A DNA stretch of 64,000 nucleotides, taken from contig JAISYD010000211.1 of assembly GCA_031270145.1 (NCBI GenBank), positions 1,632 through 65,631 of the forward strand, read 5' to 3'. The position numbers and the translations under genes are program-made. The number at the start of each line of letters is the position of its first letter. Positions within the stretch are counted from its first letter, which is position 1. Below the pieces are notes generated by a model that ran no database searches, was not told the DNA's origin, and saw nothing but the letters and a program-made list of their open reading frames with translations. The DNA is from Planctomycetota bacterium. GTDB lineage: Bacteria; Planctomycetota; SZUA-567. This document shows, piece by piece, positions 1 to 8,682 of this stretch.

Positions 1-1
1 T

Positions 2-583
2 TTCATCATGTGGCCCACCTGGAAGGCTGCCTGGAAGGACGGGCTCGCCCCCTATTTCAACGGGGAATACGTGCAGATTTCCCCCGGGGAGATGCGCCGG
101 CTCCGCCAGGCCGAGGCGCTGGAGAGAAGCATGGCGCCCATCCGCAAATTCATGCTCGAGTGCCTGGCCGCCAACGACGGGCGGGAGGAATTGTACTTCT
201 TCCTGGGCGCGGCCGGCATGAAGGACGCGGCCAGCCTGGAAAACCAGGGCCGCCTGCTGCCGGCCGACATTCCCACCACCTCGCTCATCCCGGCCTTCAT
301 CTGCTCCGAACTCAAGCGCGCCTTCTGGATGGGATTCCTCCTCTACCTCCCCTTCCTGGTGCTGGACGTGGTAATCTCCTCCATCCTCATGGCCATGGGA
401 ATGATGATGCTGCCGCCGGTCATGATTTCGCTGCCGTTCAAGATCATAATTTTCGTCATCGTCGACGGCTGGCGGCTCCTTTTCGAAGGCATGATAACCA
501 GTTTTCCCGTCAGCGTCATCCAGGATCTCATCGCCCCGGCGGCCGGGGCGGTCGGGGCGGGCCTGGGGACGGGCGGTTTCTAA
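2..583 (+). CDS. fliP: Flagellar export-gate protein FliP (5' truncated by window edge)
   Basis: Frame is open from the window edge. Contains the FliP hallmark SLIPAFICSELKRAFWMGFLLYLPFLVLDVVISSILMAMGMMMLPPVMISLPFKIIIFVIVDGW. Followed by fliQ and fliR. Confidence 0.9.
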   Translation, partial: FIMWPTWKAAWKDGLAPYFNGEYVQISPGEMRRLRQAEALERSMAPIRKFMLECLAANDGREELYFFLGAAGMKDAASLENQGRLLPADIPTTSLIPAFICSELKRAFWMGFLLYLPFLVLDVVISSILMAMGMMMLPPVMISLPFKIIIFVIVDGWRLLFEGMITSFPVSVIQDLIAPAAGAVGAGLGTGGF

Positions 584-602
584 TTTCGTACGGGGGCCGG
601 GC

Positions 603-875
603 ATGGTGCCGGAAGTCCAGGACATCATCGACGTGGCCAACGGCATGCTGTGGACCTGCCTCATGCTGTCGCTGCCCCCCCTGCTGACCGCCCTGGTGGT
701 GGGCGTCCTGGTGTCGCTGATGCAAACGGTCACCAGCATCCAGGAAATGACCCTCACCTTCGTCCCCAAGCTGGTGGCGGTGGTGGGAGTGGTGTCGCTG
801 GCCCTTTCCTGGCTTATCGATTTCATAACCAACTACTTCGAGAACGCCTTGCGGATGTTCTCGAGCTATTATTGA
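603..875 (+). CDS. fliQ: Flagellar export-gate protein FliQ
   Basis: 90 aa with two hydrophobic helices. Contains the FliQ-type stretch QTVTSIQEMTLTFVPKL. Sits between fliP and fliR. Confidence 0.9.
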   Translation: MVPEVQDIIDVANGMLWTCLMLSLPPLLTALVVGVLVSLMQTVTSIQEMTLTFVPKLVAVVGVVSLALSWLIDFITNYFENALRMFSSYY

Positions 876-888
876 CGGGCGGGGAAGC

Positions 889-1749
889 ATGAGCGAGGAC
901 ATGTTCCAGGTCAGCCGCATCCTCTCGGCCTTTTTAACCTATGTCCTGGTGCTTCTGCGTTGCGGATCCCTGGTCCTCTTCGCGCCGTTTTTCAGTTCCG
1001 AGGTTTTCCCGGGGCGGTTCCGGATCCAGTTCGCGGCGGTTTTCCCGCTGCTGTTCCTTCCCCTGGCCTCGCGGACGGCCGAAATACCGAAAAACCTGGA
1101 CATGACCCAACTGGCCATCCTCGCCGGCCAGGAATTTTGCCTGGGCATGACCATTTCCTACCTGGGGACGCTCATCTTCACCGGGGTGCAGTTCGCCGGC
1201 GAAGTGGCGGGCCAGCAGATAGGCTTCGCCATGGCCAGCGTTCTCGACCCCCAGTCCGGGGTGGAAATGCCGATGCTCGGGTTCATCAACATCAACCTGG
1301 CCGTCATGGTCTTCGTGACCGCCAACCTCCACCTCGTTTTCATTTACATCATGATGAAAAGCTATGAATACCTGGGAATCGGCGCCCTCCTGCCGGAGGT
1401 CAACCTCAACAGCCCGGCCCTCGCCATGACCTATGTCCAGGCCACCGCCCTTATTCGGCTGGGCGTCCAGATGGCCGCCCCGGTCATCCTGGTGATGCTC
1501 CTGACCAGCATCGCCGAGGGCTTCATCACCAAGACCATGCCGCAACTCAACATCCAGGTGTTTGGAATCCCGGTGAAGGTGGCGGTCGGCCTTTGCACCC
1601 TGATTTTCCTCTATCCCGCCATCTGCGCCCTGCTGGTCCCCGCCGATTGGCGGTTCAATCTCCAGGAAATGCCCGAGGGTCCGTTCGGGGATTCGCTGAC
1701 CGAATTGCAACAGATGGTCCGCGACCTGAAGCCGGGATCGGACGGATAG
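889..1749 (+). CDS. fliR: Flagellar export-gate protein FliR
   Basis: 286-aa polytopic membrane protein in the canonical fliPQR-flhBA order. Confidence 0.85.
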   Translation: MSEDMFQVSRILSAFLTYVLVLLRCGSLVLFAPFFSSEVFPGRFRIQFAAVFPLLFLPLASRTAEIPKNLDMTQLAILAGQEFCLGMTISYLGTLIFTGVQFAGEVAGQQIGFAMASVLDPQSGVEMPMLGFININLAVMVFVTANLHLVFIYIMMKSYEYLGIGALLPEVNLNSPALAMTYVQATALIRLGVQMAAPVILVMLLTSIAEGFITKTMPQLNIQVFGIPVKVAVGLCTLIFLYPAICALLVPADWRFNLQEMPEGPFGDSLTELQQMVRDLKPGSDG

Positions 1750-1782
1750 CGGTCGGAAAAGGCCAAGGAAGGATGACGGCAA

Positions 1783-2871
1783 ATGGCGGCCGGCGCCGAA
1801 GAAAAGACGGAGGAACCAACCGCCAAAAGGAAGTCGGACGCCCGAAAACGCGGCAACATCCCCAAAAGCCGGGACTTGACGGCGGCGCTGGAGTTGCTGG
1901 GGGCCATCTACATCCTGCGCTATATCGGTCCGGCCATGGCCGGATATATGGAAAGTTTCATGCTTAAAATGCTGGGGCATGATTTTGGCGGCCTGCCCAT
2001 TCCGGAGGGGAAGGAGATTGTCGCCCACGCCGGCGACTGGGGCAAGTGGCTGGCGCTGATTCTGACGCCCTTCCTGATTCTCGCCTGCGTGATCGCCCTG
2101 GCCGTCAATGTCCTGCAGGTGGGGTTGAACGTCAGCTTTGAATCGGTGAAGCTCAATCTCGGCAAATTGAATCCGGTTTCAGGGGTCAAGAGGCTCTTCA
2201 GTGCGCGGAACCTAGTGCACCTGCTAATGAATCTGGGCAAGCTGGCGCTGGTCATCCCGGTCGCCTGGTGGGTGATAAACCTGGAATTCCGGAACATCCT
2301 GCCCCTGTTGGAAATGGGGACGGGCGGAATCCTGGTTCACCTGGTCGATCGCACCCTGGGACTGGCGAGGAATCTGGCCCTGCTGCTCCTGGCCCTGGGA
2401 CTGGCGGACTATTATTACCAAAAACGCAAGCACAACAATGAATTGAAGATGACCAAGCAGGAGGTGAAGGAGGAATTCAAGCAAATGGAGGGCTCGCCGG
2501 AAGTGAAGTCGAAAATCCGCCAGAAGCAGCGGGAAGCGGCCCAACGGCGGATGATGGCCGAGGTTCCCCAAGCCGAGGTGGTGGTGAGGAACCCCACCCA
2601 CTTCGCGGTGGCGATTTCCTACAAGCCGGACATGCCGGCGCCCATGGTGGTGGCGAAGGGCAAGGACCGGCTGGCGCTAAGGATCATCGAAATCGCCGAG
2701 GCGGCCGGAGTTCCGATCTGGTCGGACCCCCCCTTGGCCCGGGAACTCCACAAAAAAGTGGAGATCGGGGAGGATATCCCGGCGGAGCTTTACGCCGCCG
2801 TGGCCGAGGTATTCAGCGTCGTCTTTTCCCCGGAGAAAAAGCGAAGGCTCATGGAGGCGAGCGCGGCGTAA
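1783..2871 (+). CDS. flhB: Flagellar export switch protein FlhB
   Basis: N-terminus EEKTEEPTAKRKSDARKRGNIPKSRDL. Autocleavage motif NPTH in VVRNPTHFAVAISY. AAGGAAGGA lies upstream of the ATG. Confidence 0.9.
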   Translation: MAAGAEEKTEEPTAKRKSDARKRGNIPKSRDLTAALELLGAIYILRYIGPAMAGYMESFMLKMLGHDFGGLPIPEGKEIVAHAGDWGKWLALILTPFLILACVIALAVNVLQVGLNVSFESVKLNLGKLNPVSGVKRLFSARNLVHLLMNLGKLALVIPVAWWVINLEFRNILPLLEMGTGGILVHLVDRTLGLARNLALLLLALGLADYYYQKRKHNNELKMTKQEVKEEFKQMEGSPEVKSKIRQKQREAAQRRMMAEVPQAEVVVRNPTHFAVAISYKPDMPAPMVVAKGKDRLALRIIEIAEAAGVPIWSDPPLARELHKKVEIGEDIPAELYAAVAEVFSVVFSPEKKRRLMEASAA

Positions 2872-5070
2872 ATGAGCGCGATACCGCAACAGGGCAGGGA
2901 ATTGCTGAGGCTCTCGGGCGACCGGCTTATGCGGCTGCTGGGGCGCGAAGGCAACAAGAACATCCTGATCTCCGTCTTCGTGATTTGCGCCCTGGCGGCC
3001 ATGCTGGTGCCCCTGCCCGCCTTTTTCATGGACATCGCGGTCGGGATCAACATCCTCCTGGCCCTAATCCTCCTGATGATGACCATCTTCGTGGAACAGC
3101 CGCTCAACTTCAGCACCTTCCCCTCGGTGCTGCTGGTCCTGACCCTCTTCCGGCTGTCCCTGAACATTTCCTCCACCCGCCTCATCCTCAGCCGGGGGCA
3201 GGAAGGCATCGGGGCGGCCGGCAACCTCATCGCCACCTTCGGCGCCTTCGTGGGGGGCGGCGGCAGCGTCGAGGGCATCAACCGCCTGAGCTCCCTGGCG
3301 GTCGGGGTGACCATCTTCATCATTCTCGTGATTATCCAATACCTGGTCATCACCCGGGGCTCGACCCGGGTGGCCGAGGTGGCGGCCAGGTTCACCCTGG
3401 ACGCCATGCCGGGAAAGCAGATGGCCATCGACGCCGATCTCAACTCCGGCATAATCACCGAACAGGAGGCGGTCGCCCGGCGGCTGGAAATCCAGCGCCA
3501 GGCCGCCTTCTTCGGGGCCATGGACGGCGCCGCCAAGTTCGTTTCCGGCGACACCGTCGCCGGCATCATCATCACCGGCATCAACATCCTCTTCGGCTTC
3601 GTCATCGGCGTCTTCATCCACGGGATGGAGTTCGTCGAGGCGGCCAGGGTATTCACCATCCTGACCATAGGCGACGGCCTGGCCGCCCAGATACCGGCCC
3701 TGCTCATCAGCGTGGGGGCCGGCCTCCTGGTGACCCGCAACGCCGAACGCGCCGAGTTCGGCGGCGAAGTCCTGGGGCAGTTCTTCGGGCAGCACAAGCC
3801 CATCGCGGCGGCCACGGTGATGGTGGCCGGCCTCGGCCTCTCCGGGCTGGTGGGCCTGACCCCCTTCCCGCCCCTGCCCCTCTTCGTCGTCTCGGGAATC
3901 TGCTTCTGCCTATGGCTGGTGGCGCGAAGGTCGGCGGCCGCCGCGACCCTGGAAGCCCGGGAAAAGGCCGAAGCCAAAAAGGACGAGGCCGGGGCGAAGC
4001 CGGCCGAGGCCGACAGCGTGGAAAAACTCCTGGCCATCGACGCCCTGGGGGTCGAGGTCGGCTACGGGGTGGTGCCGCTGGTCGACAAGCAGCAGCCCGG
4101 CGGGGGCGGGCTGCTGCAGCGGGTGCAGATGATCCGCCAGCAACTGGCGGTGGAGCTGGGCATCATAGTTCCCCCCATCCGCATCCGGGACAACCTCGAA
4201 CTGGAGGCCAACGATTACGTGGTGAAGATTCAGGGCGCCCCGGTGGCCAGGGGCTCGGTCGAGGCGGACAGGCTCCTGGCCATAGATTCCGGGGCCGCCA
4301 CCGAAAAGCTCGAGGGCGACGCCACCGTGGAGCCGGCCTTCGGGATGCCGGCGGTGTGGATTTATCCCTCCGGCCGCGAATACGCCGAGCGGGTCGGCTA
4401 CACGGTGGTCGACGCCGAGACGGTGATGGCGACCCACCTGACGGAAATCATCCGCTCCCGCGCCGCCGAGCTGCTGACCCGGGACGAGATGCGCAAGCTC
4501 CTCGAAACCCTGAAGAAAAATTCCCCGGGGGCGGTGGAGGAGGTGGTGCCCGGAATTCTTTCCGCGGCCGAGGTGCAGAAGGTCCTGCAGAACCTCCTCC
4601 AGGAGAAGGTGTCGATCCGCAATCTCGGGGCCATCCTCGAGGTGCTGGGGGACGTCGGCCGCCGCACCAAGGACCCCGACATCCTCACCGAATTCGCCAG
4701 GAACGGCCTGAAGCGCTGGCTCTGCAACGAATACGCCGCCCCCGGAACCCGCAAATTGCACGTGATCACCCTGGATCCGCGGCTGGAGGAGCAAATTCAG
4801 CAGCATGTCGAGCACACGGACGGGGGATCGTTCCTCACCCTGCGCCCGGCCGCCAGCCAGCGCTTGGTGGAGGCCATCTCGGCCGAGGTCCAGCGCCAGG
4901 TCCAGGGCGGCAACAATCCGCTTCTCCTGACCGGCCCGCAGGTGCGGCTGCACGTCAAGCGGATGACCCAGGCCCGCCTGCCGATGCTGGCCGTCATTTC
5001 CTACAATGAAATTCTCCAGGATTACGAGTCGATATCGGTTGGGATGGTGAAACTCGACTTGAACCAGTAA
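2872..5070 (+). CDS. flhA: Flagellar export apparatus protein FlhA (FHIPEP family)
   Basis: 732 aa. TAA-ATG abuts flhB. N-terminal polytopic domain carries the FHIPEP-type stretch RFTLDAMPGKQMAIDADLNSGIITEQEA, followed by a large cytoplasmic C-domain. Confidence 0.95.
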   Translation: MSAIPQQGRELLRLSGDRLMRLLGREGNKNILISVFVICALAAMLVPLPAFFMDIAVGINILLALILLMMTIFVEQPLNFSTFPSVLLVLTLFRLSLNISSTRLILSRGQEGIGAAGNLIATFGAFVGGGGSVEGINRLSSLAVGVTIFIILVIIQYLVITRGSTRVAEVAARFTLDAMPGKQMAIDADLNSGIITEQEAVARRLEIQRQAAFFGAMDGAAKFVSGDTVAGIIITGINILFGFVIGVFIHGMEFVEAARVFTILTIGDGLAAQIPALLISVGAGLLVTRNAERAEFGGEVLGQFFGQHKPIAAATVMVAGLGLSGLVGLTPFPPLPLFVVSGICFCLWLVARRSAAAATLEAREKAEAKKDEAGAKPAEADSVEKLLAIDALGVEVGYGVVPLVDKQQPGGGGLLQRVQMIRQQLAVELGIIVPPIRIRDNLELEANDYVVKIQGAPVARGSVEADRLLAIDSGAATEKLEGDATVEPAFGMPAVWIYPSGREYAERVGYTVVDAETVMATHLTEIIRSRAAELLTRDEMRKLLETLKKNSPGAVEEVVPGILSAAEVQKVLQNLLQEKVSIRNLGAILEVLGDVGRRTKDPDILTEFARNGLKRWLCNEYAAPGTRKLHVITLDPRLEEQIQQHVEHTDGGSFLTLRPAASQRLVEAISAEVQRQVQGGNNPLLLTGPQVRLHVKRMTQARLPMLAVISYNEILQDYESISVGMVKLDLNQ

Positions 5071-5076
5071 GGGATC

Positions 5077-5208
5077 GTCCATAAACAACTTATACAAGTT
5101 TATACCGCGTCGCCAACGTCGCTCTCGTAAATTTTTGCCCAATCACGGGCGAAAATTTACCGCCGCGACTCGGTTCCCTGTCTAAACATGTATAAGTTAT
5201 TTATGGAC
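5077..5208. repeat. Nested-hairpin inverted-repeat element A (flhA-flhF intergenic)
   Basis: Outer arms 5077..5102 gtccataaacaacttatacaagttta and 5183..5208 taaacatgtataagttatttatggac match 24/26 as reverse complements. Inner hairpin: 5127..5140 gtaaatttttgccc, loop aatcac, 5147..5160 gggcgaaaatttac. Confidence 0.7.
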
Positions 5209-5262
5209 AGACCCCAAGGGTCCGCGGGACGCTCGGGGAAGTCCCCCGAATGGAAAGGACGC

Positions 5263-6576
5263 ATGGGCGGGGCCGACGGGAAAACCCACATCTTTCGCGG
5301 CAAGACCTGCGCCGAAGCCGTCAGCAAGGCCAAGAGCAAGCTGGGGCGGGACATCGTCGTGGTCAAACGGAGAAACGTCCGCCTGGAGACCCTGTTCAGC
5401 CGCCTGACCTCGGGGAAACTAGGGGGGGATTCGCTCGAGGTCGAATTGGAGGTGGCGGAGGCTTCCCGGAACGGGAAGGAGGACGCCGCCGCCCGGCCGG
5501 ACAAGCCGCCGAATCCGTTGCTCCGGACCTACGCCAAGGCCTTGGAGGGACTGGAAAAATACAATCCCGAAACCAGGAAGGCCATGGAATCGGCCGCCGC
5601 CCCCTTTTTGCGGCTGGGGGAAACCGCCACCGGGATAACCGGGCGCCTGGACAAACTGCAGCTGGAGCTGGAACAAAGCCGGCGGGAAAGCGCCGACAAA
5701 TGGGAGGAAATACTTTCCCTCATCTCCCTCCAGGCCCGGGGGGGGGTGCCGGCCGTTTCCAACGAACTGCTGTCCATCCACCGATCCCTGGTCGCCAAGG
5801 GCATTGACGAGAACCTGGCCCGGGAAATAGTGGAGGAGGTGGAGGAAACCGGGGACGAATCCCCGGAAAAATTGAACGCCGAGCTTTTCCGGGCGGTGTC
5901 CCGGCGCCTGCCGGTCGCCGCCCCGGTGCTGCTCCGGGAGACCGGACCCACCGTGGTGGCGGCGATTGGCCCCTCGGGGATGGGCAAAACCACCACCATC
6001 GCCAAGCTGGCCATCCAGTTCGGCGTCAAGGACAGGCGCCGGGTGGGGTTGATCAACGAGGATTTCCGCCGGCCCGGCGCCGAGGGCCAGATCAACAACC
6101 TGGGCAGGATGTTCGGCCTGGCCATCGCCACCGCCAGCGGGCCCGGGGAAATGCGCGAGGCGGTGGAATCCCTGGCCGGCCAGGAATTAATCCTCATCGA
6201 CACCTCGGGGAGATCGCCATTGGACGGGGACGCCATCGGCGCCCTGACCGAAACGCTCCGGGCCGCCGGGGTGCATGAAACGCACCTGGTGCTGTCCAGC
6301 CTGGCCTCCGACCGGACCCTGGCCGGACTGGCGGAACGCTTCCGGCCGGCCGGATTCGATCGCATCATCATGACCAAGCTGGACGAATCCCTGTGCCGCG
6401 GCGACATCCTCAACGCCATGTCGCGGCTGGCCGACGGCCTGAGCTACGTCACCAGCAGTCCGGACTACTCCGCCCCCATCCGGGCCGCCGACCGCGCCTG
6501 GCTGGCCGAATTGATCCTGGGCAATCCCGGAGGGGAAGGAAGAACCGGCGGCGAATATGGAGAAGCGGCGACATGA
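5263..6576 (+). CDS. flhF: Flagellar SRP-type GTPase FlhF
   Basis: G1 GPSGMGKTTTIAKLA, G3 DTSGRS, G4 TKLDE. FlhF-like N-terminus KTHIFRGKTCAEAVSKAKSKLGRDIVVV. ATG 5263 is preferred because GGAAAGGA lies upstream. The ORF-track start 5188 lies inside the right arm of element A. Confidence 0.85.
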   Translation: MGGADGKTHIFRGKTCAEAVSKAKSKLGRDIVVVKRRNVRLETLFSRLTSGKLGGDSLEVELEVAEASRNGKEDAAARPDKPPNPLLRTYAKALEGLEKYNPETRKAMESAAAPFLRLGETATGITGRLDKLQLELEQSRRESADKWEEILSLISLQARGGVPAVSNELLSIHRSLVAKGIDENLAREIVEEVEETGDESPEKLNAELFRAVSRRLPVAAPVLLRETGPTVVAAIGPSGMGKTTTIAKLAIQFGVKDRRRVGLINEDFRRPGAEGQINNLGRMFGLAIATASGPGEMREAVESLAGQELILIDTSGRSPLDGDAIGALTETLRAAGVHETHLVLSSLASDRTLAGLAERFRPAGFDRIIMTKLDESLCRGDILNAMSRLADGLSYVTSSPDYSAPIRAADRAWLAELILGNPGGEGRTGGEYGEAAT

Positions 6577-6893
6577 TGGCGAAAAAGATGGCCGGCTTCT
6601 TCTCCATCATCGGCGTCATCGTCTTCCTCGGCAACTGGCTGTACTTCTGCCTGCTGCCCAGGGACTTCGACCGGGAGCCGATGACCGCCGAAACCGCCTG
6701 GGAGGTCGGCATCTATTTGTCGGCCGCCTTCTTCCTGCTAGGCCTCTTCGTCTCCACCCTTGGGATAGCCCTGGTGCAGGAGGCGCTGGCGGAGAACAGA
6801 AGCCGCGACATCGAAAAGAAATTCCGGGCCAAATCGGCCTATGATCTGGCGATGGCCGAAACAATGAAGACCGCCGGACAGTCAAAATCGTAA
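6573..6893 (+). CDS. Small two-TM membrane protein, translationally coupled to flhF
   Basis: The ATG at 6573 overlaps the flhF TGA (ATGA). 106 aa, MMAKKMAGFFSIIGVIVFLGNWLYF... with two hydrophobic segments. I recognise no family. Confidence 0.55.
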   Translation: MMAKKMAGFFSIIGVIVFLGNWLYFCLLPRDFDREPMTAETAWEVGIYLSAAFFLLGLFVSTLGIALVQEALAENRSRDIEKKFRAKSAYDLAMAETMKTAGQSKS

Positions 6894-6967
6894 CCCGCCC
6901 GGATTCCGTTCCTTGACGGGGTCCGAACCCGGATTCGGGGCGAATAAGCCAAATGGAGGCCGCGAAC

Positions 6968-7774
6968 ATGAACGACTACCTTGACGATTACACCCCCCCG
7001 CCGCCCCTGGGCGAAAGGGAGGAGACGGAACTGTGGCGGAGATACCGGAAGGAAAACGACGACGAGGCCAGATGCAAATTGATCGAGAACTACATGCCGC
7101 TGGTCATCGAAATGGCGGAACGGATGGCCAAGAAACTGCCGACCTTCCTGGACGTGCAGGACCTGTGCAGCTCCGGGAACTTCGGCCTGATCGACGCCGT
7201 CGAAAAATTCGATCCCGACGAGGGCGTCAAGTTTTCCACCTACTGCAACCTGCGCATCAACGGGGCGATCAAGGACGAATTGCGCCGGCAGGACTGGCCG
7301 TCCCGCCAGGTGCGCCAGAAGGCCAACACCGTCAGGCGCACCCGCGACGAATTGGAAAACCGCCTGGGACGGATTCCCGACGACGGCGAAATGGCGGAAT
7401 ACCTGGGCCTGGACCGGAAAAAATACGACGATCTCCTGCGGGACAGCCAAATCAAGACCATGGTCTCCCTGGACCGCAAGTGGGACGACAACGACGACAA
7501 CGAGATCGGCCACATTGAAATGCTCCCCGACGCCAAGGCGGCGGATCCGCTGGCCGAGCTTTCCCGGGCCGAAATAAAGGAGGTGGCCCTGCGCGGCCTC
7601 TCGGAGGATCAAAAAAGGGTGCTTACCCTCTATTATTACGAGAATCTCAATCTCAAGGAAATCGGCCTGGCGCTGGATCTTTCGGAAAGCCGGGTCTGCC
7701 AAATTCACCAGCAGACCCTGGAGTTCCTGAAGAAGAAATTCATCCAGCGCCAGATCACCCCCTTTTCCCTGTGA
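6968..7774 (+). CDS. fliA: Flagellar sigma factor FliA (sigma-28)
   Basis: Sigma-70 family regions 2 to 4 (YMPLVIEMAERMAKKLP...; LKEIGLALDLSESRVCQIHQQTL). GGAGG at 6955..6959 lies 8 nt before ATG 6968; the alternative start is 6953. Location downstream of flhF is typical. Confidence 0.85.
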   Translation: MNDYLDDYTPPPPLGEREETELWRRYRKENDDEARCKLIENYMPLVIEMAERMAKKLPTFLDVQDLCSSGNFGLIDAVEKFDPDEGVKFSTYCNLRINGAIKDELRRQDWPSRQVRQKANTVRRTRDELENRLGRIPDDGEMAEYLGLDRKKYDDLLRDSQIKTMVSLDRKWDDNDDNEIGHIEMLPDAKAADPLAELSRAEIKEVALRGLSEDQKRVLTLYYYENLNLKEIGLALDLSESRVCQIHQQTLEFLKKKFIQRQITPFSL

Positions 7775-7948
7775 GTCGACTTTTAGAGCGTGTTGTTAAA
7801 TACCGGATCGCCCGGGTTAGACAAGGAAAAAGGCGCTGGCAGGATGATTTTTGGCCGGCGGTCAGGGGTAAAAATCATCCGAGAAGCGGCTTTTGACGCA
7901 GTATAACCCGACGAGACGGCATTTAACAACACGCCCTAAAAGTCAACT
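7774..7948. repeat. Nested-hairpin inverted-repeat element B (fills the fliA-gltL convergent gap)
   Basis: Arms 7774..7801 agtcgacttttagagcgtgttgttaaat and 7921..7948 atttaacaacacgccctaaaagtcaact match 26/28. Inner hairpin 7842..7852 ggatgattttt and 7870..7880 aaaaatcatcc. The ends abut or overlap both stop codons (fliA TGA 7772..7774, gltL stop 7947..7949). Confidence 0.7.
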
Positions 7949-8678
7949 AGCAATGGGTGAGTATCTTGTTCAGGAAATCCTTGGCCCGGTCGGTCTTCGG
8001 ATTGGCGAAAAACTCGTCCTTGGGGGTGTCCTCCATGATTTTGCCCTCGTCCATGAACACCACCCGGTGCGCCACCTTGTGCGCGAATCCCATTTCATGG
8101 GTGACGACCATCATGGTCATGCCCTCGTTGGCCAGCTTCACCATGACTTCGAGCACTTCGTTAATCATCTCCGGGTCGAGGGCGCTGGTGGGCTCGTCGA
8201 AAAGCATGGCCACCGGATCCATGCACAGGGCCCGGACGATGGCCACCCGTTGCTGCTGGCCGCCGGAAAGCTGGCCGGGATACTTGTGCGCATGGCCGGA
8301 GAGCCCGACCCGTTCCAGGAGGATGTTGGCCTTTTCCGCCGCCTCTTGCCGCGAACGGCGCAAAACCTTGATTTGCGGCAGGAGCAGGTTGCGGAGGATG
8401 GTGAGGTGGGGGAACAGTTCGAAATGTTGGAAAACCATCCCGACATGCGCCCTGAGCTTGGCCAGGTTGGTGTTGTAGCCGGTCACCGCCGTCTGGTTGA
8501 CGATGATTTCCCCCTTTTGAATCGGTTCCAGGCCGTTCACCGTTTGGATAAGGGTTGATTTGCCGCTTCCGGAAGGTCCGCAAATGACCACCACCTCGCC
8601 CTTGTCCACATGGGTGGAGCAGCCGTCGAGGACCTTGAAATGACCATACCATTTGGAAACGTTATTGAGATAGATCAT
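7947..8678 (-). CDS. gltL: Polar amino-acid (glutamate/aspartate) ABC transporter ATPase
   Basis: Walker [10 protein letters not shown], signature [15 protein letters not shown], Walker [12 protein letters not shown]. Last gene of a gltIJKL-ordered operon. Confidence 0.85.
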   Translation of the reverse strand: MIYLNNVSKWYGHFKVLDGCSTHVDKGEVVVICGPSGSGKSTLIQTVNGLEPIQKGEIIVNQTAVTGYNTNLAKLRAHVGMVFQHFELFPHLTILRNLLLPQIKVLRRSRQEAAEKANILLERVGLSGHAHKYPGQLSGGQQQRVAIVRALCMDPVAMLFDEPTSALDPEMINEVLEVMVKLANEGMTMMVVTHEMGFAHKVAHRVVFMDEGKIMEDTPKDEFFANPKTDRAKDFLNKILTHC

Positions 8679-8682
8679 GGAA

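Noticed and set aside
934-5142. Very long alternate-frame and antisense ORFs over the flagellar genes (934..2028(-) 364 aa, 2790..4037(-) 415 aa, 2985..5009(+) 674 aa, 3910..5142(-) 410 aa).
   Set aside because: Their Arg/Pro/Gly/His-rich low-complexity translations are typical of shadow ORFs in GC-rich DNA. Each fully overlaps a gene with unmistakable family motifs (fliR, flhB, flhA).
5188-5262. ORF-track start of flhF at 5188 (MYKLFMDRPQG...).
   Set aside because: This ATG lies inside the right arm of inverted-repeat element A and has no RBS. ATG 5263 has GGAAAGGA upstream and gives the conserved FlhF N-terminus.
5077-7948. Elements A and B read as integron attC sites, or as a pair of IRs bounding one flhF-fliA cassette.
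   Set aside because: The ends (GTCCAT..., AGTCGAC.../...GTCAACT) do not fit the RYYYAAC/GTTRRRY core sites, and no intI is present. The arms of A and B are unrelated to each other, so they do not form a pair.
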